A DNA stretch of 64,000 nucleotides, from positions 352,001 to 416,000 of the forward strand of contig CBDDDZ010000002.1 of NCBI GenBank assembly GCA_965226795.1, given 5' to 3'. This document shows positions 61,081 to 64,000 of the stretch, piece after piece. The notes under the pieces are model-generated. The model worked only from the letters and a program-made list of their open reading frames with translations, ran no database searches and was not told the origin of the DNA. The DNA comes from Candidatus Latescibacterota bacterium. Its GTDB lineage: Bacteria; Latescibacterota; UBA2968; GCA-2709665. A program made the translations under genes and the position numbers. How positions within the stretch are numbered: the stretch's first letter is position 1; every line of letters starts with the position of its first letter.

Positions 61081-61125
61081 TTTCGGTCTCCTTCTCCACC
61101 CATGGGCAGGGCAGCCGCCGTAGAC

Positions 61126-61165
61126 AAACAAAAAGCCCGCCGTCGAGATAACCTCGACAACGGGC
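61126..61165 (-). terminator. Intrinsic terminator/attenuator upstream of the ABC operon
   Basis: GCCCGTTGTCGAG-GTTAT-CTCGACGGCGGGC-TTTTTGTTT on minus strand. Confidence 0.8.
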
Positions 61166-61677
61166 ACTAGCCGATAACCGTGCGTGGCCTTCGAAAGGCC
61201 GCCGTATGTTTAGCCTCCAGGATACTTCGGTTTTTCCCCGGAGGCGCGTGTAGAAATATTCATGTTTATTATTTTCAAAGGCTTATAGGTAAAATCTCAC
61301 ATGATTCGGGCATTTGTTTATGGCAACACGGAAAAATATAACACGGCGGGGAAGCGCAGGCAAGGTTAATTTATCCGGGAACATTGAAGGCCTCTATGTC
61401 CGTATACGCCGTGCCGATTGTTCGCGAGCCGTCGCGTAGGGTCTGCAGACGTACGTCGACACCCTCGACGAACGACGCCCGGACACGGCGGCGCGCAACC
61501 TGGATTCTCTCTAAACGCCAGTCCGTAAAACACTTGCGTGTGTGCAGGGCACTAGTTATAATTGCTTAAACTCGTGTTGTGGAGATGCCGCGAAAGGGAA
61601 GGAAGGATCCGTATCTTAACGTGTCCGGCGGTGACGGAACGAAAGAGGCGTCCGGTCTTGCGTTGAAGGGATGGACG

Positions 61678-62688
61678 ATGAACTACCACGCGTACATAAC
61701 CGTTTCCAGCGATGACAGGATCCTGAAATACCGGATGGATCCGGACACGGGCGATCTCGCTTTCGAATACAGCATCCACGCCGAGGGCGGGCCGGGCCCG
61801 CTTGCGGTCGACCCGCATCAAAAATACCTGTACCTGAGCAGACGCGGCGCCCGCGAAATCTCGGCCTATTCCATCGATCCCGTCACCGGCGGCGTTTCCC
61901 TGCTCGGCGCGGTCTCCGTGGATGCCGACGCGTGTTATGTGAGTACGGATCGAAACGGACGCTTTCTGCTCTCTGCCTCGTACGGCGGGGGGGTGGCGGC
62001 CGTCCATGCCATTCGGGCAGACGGTACGTTAAGCGATTTGCCCGTCCAAACCGTCAAGACCCTGCCAAAAGCCCACTTCATTCTCACGGCCCCGTCGAAT
62101 CGCCTGGCATTTTTGCCCCACGTCGGAGAATCAAACACCATTGTCGGATTCCGTTTCGATGAAGACGTGGGCACGCTCAAGGAGGTCTCGCGAACCACCC
62201 ACGAACCCGATGTGGGTCCCCGCCACCTCGTCTTCCACCCTGGCCTGCATATGGTTTACGTCTCAAACGAGCAGGGCAGCAGCGTAACTGCGTATGCGTT
62301 CGACGTCTGTTCAGGCGTTCTGGAACCCGTGCAGACCCTTTCCACCCTGCCAGAGGGCTTCAGCGGCGAAAACACCTGCGCGCAGATCCACATCCACCCC
62401 TCGGGCAGGTTCCTTTATGTTTCCAACCGGGGCCACGACAGCATTGCGTGTTTTTCGGTTGACCGGACGGGCTTCCTCACGGGTATCGGCAATCAACCCA
62501 CGGAACCAGTTCCCAGGGCTTTCGGGATCGACCCCTCGGGCAGTTTTCTCTACGCCGGCGGCCAGGAGTCCGGCGAACTGGCATCGTACCGTATCGACGC
62601 ACAGACGGGCCGGCTGCGTCCCCTGAAGACGTATACCGTCGGCAAACAATCCATGTGGGTCCTGATGCTGGCGCTTCGAGGCCGATGA
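61678..62688 (+). CDS. Lactonase family protein (6-phosphogluconolactonase-like)
   Basis: SASY..G, GPRHLVFHP, YVSNE, SGRFLYVSNRGHDSIA, PRAF. Confidence 0.92.
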   Translation: MNYHAYITVSSDDRILKYRMDPDTGDLAFEYSIHAEGGPGPLAVDPHQKYLYLSRRGAREISAYSIDPVTGGVSLLGAVSVDADACYVSTDRNGRFLLSASYGGGVAAVHAIRADGTLSDLPVQTVKTLPKAHFILTAPSNRLAFLPHVGESNTIVGFRFDEDVGTLKEVSRTTHEPDVGPRHLVFHPGLHMVYVSNEQGSSVTAYAFDVCSGVLEPVQTLSTLPEGFSGENTCAQIHIHPSGRFLYVSNRGHDSIACFSVDRTGFLTGIGNQPTEPVPRAFGIDPSGSFLYAGGQESGELASYRIDAQTGRLRPLKTYTVGKQSMWVLMLALRGR

Positions 62689-62886
62689 GCTCGGCGCCAT
62701 ACCCTAATCGTCTGCATTTTTCGCGACGCTTGCCGCCGGGATATCCGGCGAAACGGAAGCGGGTTTAACCGGAGACAGGATGGCGCCTGCGGGGGCTGAT
62801 GACGGGTGCAAACGGCCATCCGTTGACAAAGCCGGGAAGACCAGCGCTAAATGTCTGATTTTCCGTCAATAACCTCAAATATCCTG

Positions 62887-62915
62887 TTGACAAACACGTT
62901 TTGGTGGCGTAATAT
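62887..62915 (+). promoter_or_regulatory. Sigma70-type promoter
   Basis: TTGACA-N17-TAATAT. Confidence 0.75.
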
Positions 62916-62953
62916 ATGGTGTAGTATATACTTCAAGATAACAATATGTTGGG

Positions 62954-63691
62954 ATGGCCGTGTTCTATTCGATTTCAAGAAGATTCGGATGCCTCTGCTT
63001 GGGAGGGTTGCTGGTTTCACTGGTGGCGTGCGCGACTCCCAGCCGGAGAATCGCTCCACCGGTAACGGCCGCCACAGAGGATTTCGATCCGCAAAGCCTC
63101 AACGACGACGACTTCCTTCTGAAGCCGCCTGCCGCGGCAGTGCCTCCCGTCTTTCAATTCGACGGATTTCGCGTCCAGATCGCGGTGGTATCGAGTCTTG
63201 AACGGGCAGAAAACTTCAAGAATGAAGCTGAAACGAAATTAGGCGTTCCGGTTCATATCTACCGCGATCCTGACACAGGTCTGCATAAAATCCAGGTGGG
63301 AAACGGCCGGACGGCAACGGAGGTCGAATCCCTGCGTCACGAGGCCAAGAGCGCGGGGTACACGGAAGCCTTTATTGTACGTGCCAAGATAGAAATCTCT
63401 CGTGCTGCGGTTCACGGTCCGGATTCAATGGCCGGTTTCAGCGTTCAGATCTTTGCGGCATCGAACCGGGCGGCTGCCGAAAGTGAGATGGCCAACGTCC
63501 GGGACACCCTCGGACAGGACGACGTTTACATAGAATCCGAACCGCCGTACTTCAAGGTTCGGATCGGCAACTTCCGAACGCGGGAGGCCGCTGAAGGACT
63601 CATGGAAAGGCTCAAGTCATACGGATACGATACTCCCTTTGTGGTTCGGACACGCATCGATACATCCACGGAACCGACAACCGACAACTGA
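62954..63691 (+). CDS. SPOR domain lipoprotein (two SPOR domains)
   Basis: LVAC lipobox; GFRVQI and GFSVQIFA...PYFKVRIGNF...A repeats. Confidence 0.88.
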   Translation: MAVFYSISRRFGCLCLGGLLVSLVACATPSRRIAPPVTAATEDFDPQSLNDDDFLLKPPAAAVPPVFQFDGFRVQIAVVSSLERAENFKNEAETKLGVPVHIYRDPDTGLHKIQVGNGRTATEVESLRHEAKSAGYTEAFIVRAKIEISRAAVHGPDSMAGFSVQIFAASNRAAAESEMANVRDTLGQDDVYIESEPPYFKVRIGNFRTREAAEGLMERLKSYGYDTPFVVRTRIDTSTEPTTDN

Positions 63692-63831
63692 ACGCGTACA
63701 GGGTTGAACGCGAGCGGTCCTGTTGCCTTGACCGCCGCGAACATAGGCCTGCTTTGCGCGACCGGTCCGTCACTCGTTCATCGGTATTGCCGGTGGCCGA
63801 GACCTTGAATCGACTTCTCCATAGTGCCCAG

Positions 63832-64000
63832 ATGAAAGTTAGCCCGCTGTCCCTGAGCGTTGCGTTTTGCAGCCTTCTCCTGCTGTTTCTGCTCCCGGGA
63901 TGTTCAACCACGAAGCAGGTTGCGACATTTCCCGAAGCGGAAGCACCGGTCCTGTTCGGGAAGGCGTCGAAGACCGCCGAGGATTCCACGGCGGTGAAGA
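63832..64000 (+). CDS. Lipoprotein N-terminus (3' partial)
   Basis: MKVSPLSLSVAFCSLLLLFLLPGC; frame open to the window end. Confidence 0.6.
   Translation, partial: MKVSPLSLSVAFCSLLLLFLLPGCSTTKQVATFPEAEAPVLFGKASKTAEDSTAVK

Overview
A GC-rich bacterial chromosomal window with no tRNA, rRNA or CRISPR array that I can see. Housekeeping-type genes sit at the ends (glyA, pyrB, sppA on the left; lactonase and a SPOR lipoprotein on the right). Between them is a long accessory region: mostly + strand small enzymes and gene fragments (about 9.8-31.6 kb), five toxin-antitoxin-type pairs, a decayed group II intron, an IS256 remnant, two sigma54 two-component modules and an internalin-like LRR lipoprotein. 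The most striking feature is a roughly 12 kb expansion of unannotated exported proteins. It has eight tandem ~605-bp units, each a ~145-aa lipoprotein (signal peptide, small beta domain, Gly-zipper tail) plus a homologous ~160-175 bp spacer (39.3-44.0 kb). Four larger secreted proteins follow that repeat a similar beta domain, three with a shared ECF-like promoter (45.9-51.7 kb). Non-coding signals include a pyrL-like attenuator before pyrB, an attenuator before an ABC exporter, leaderless TA promoters with operators, sigma54 promoters, tandem NrdR-like boxes, and a 33-bp palindrome that inserts in frame into coding sequence. Six single-base insertions break otherwise intact genes and may be assembly errors. 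All family assignments come from motif recognition by eye; no searches were run.
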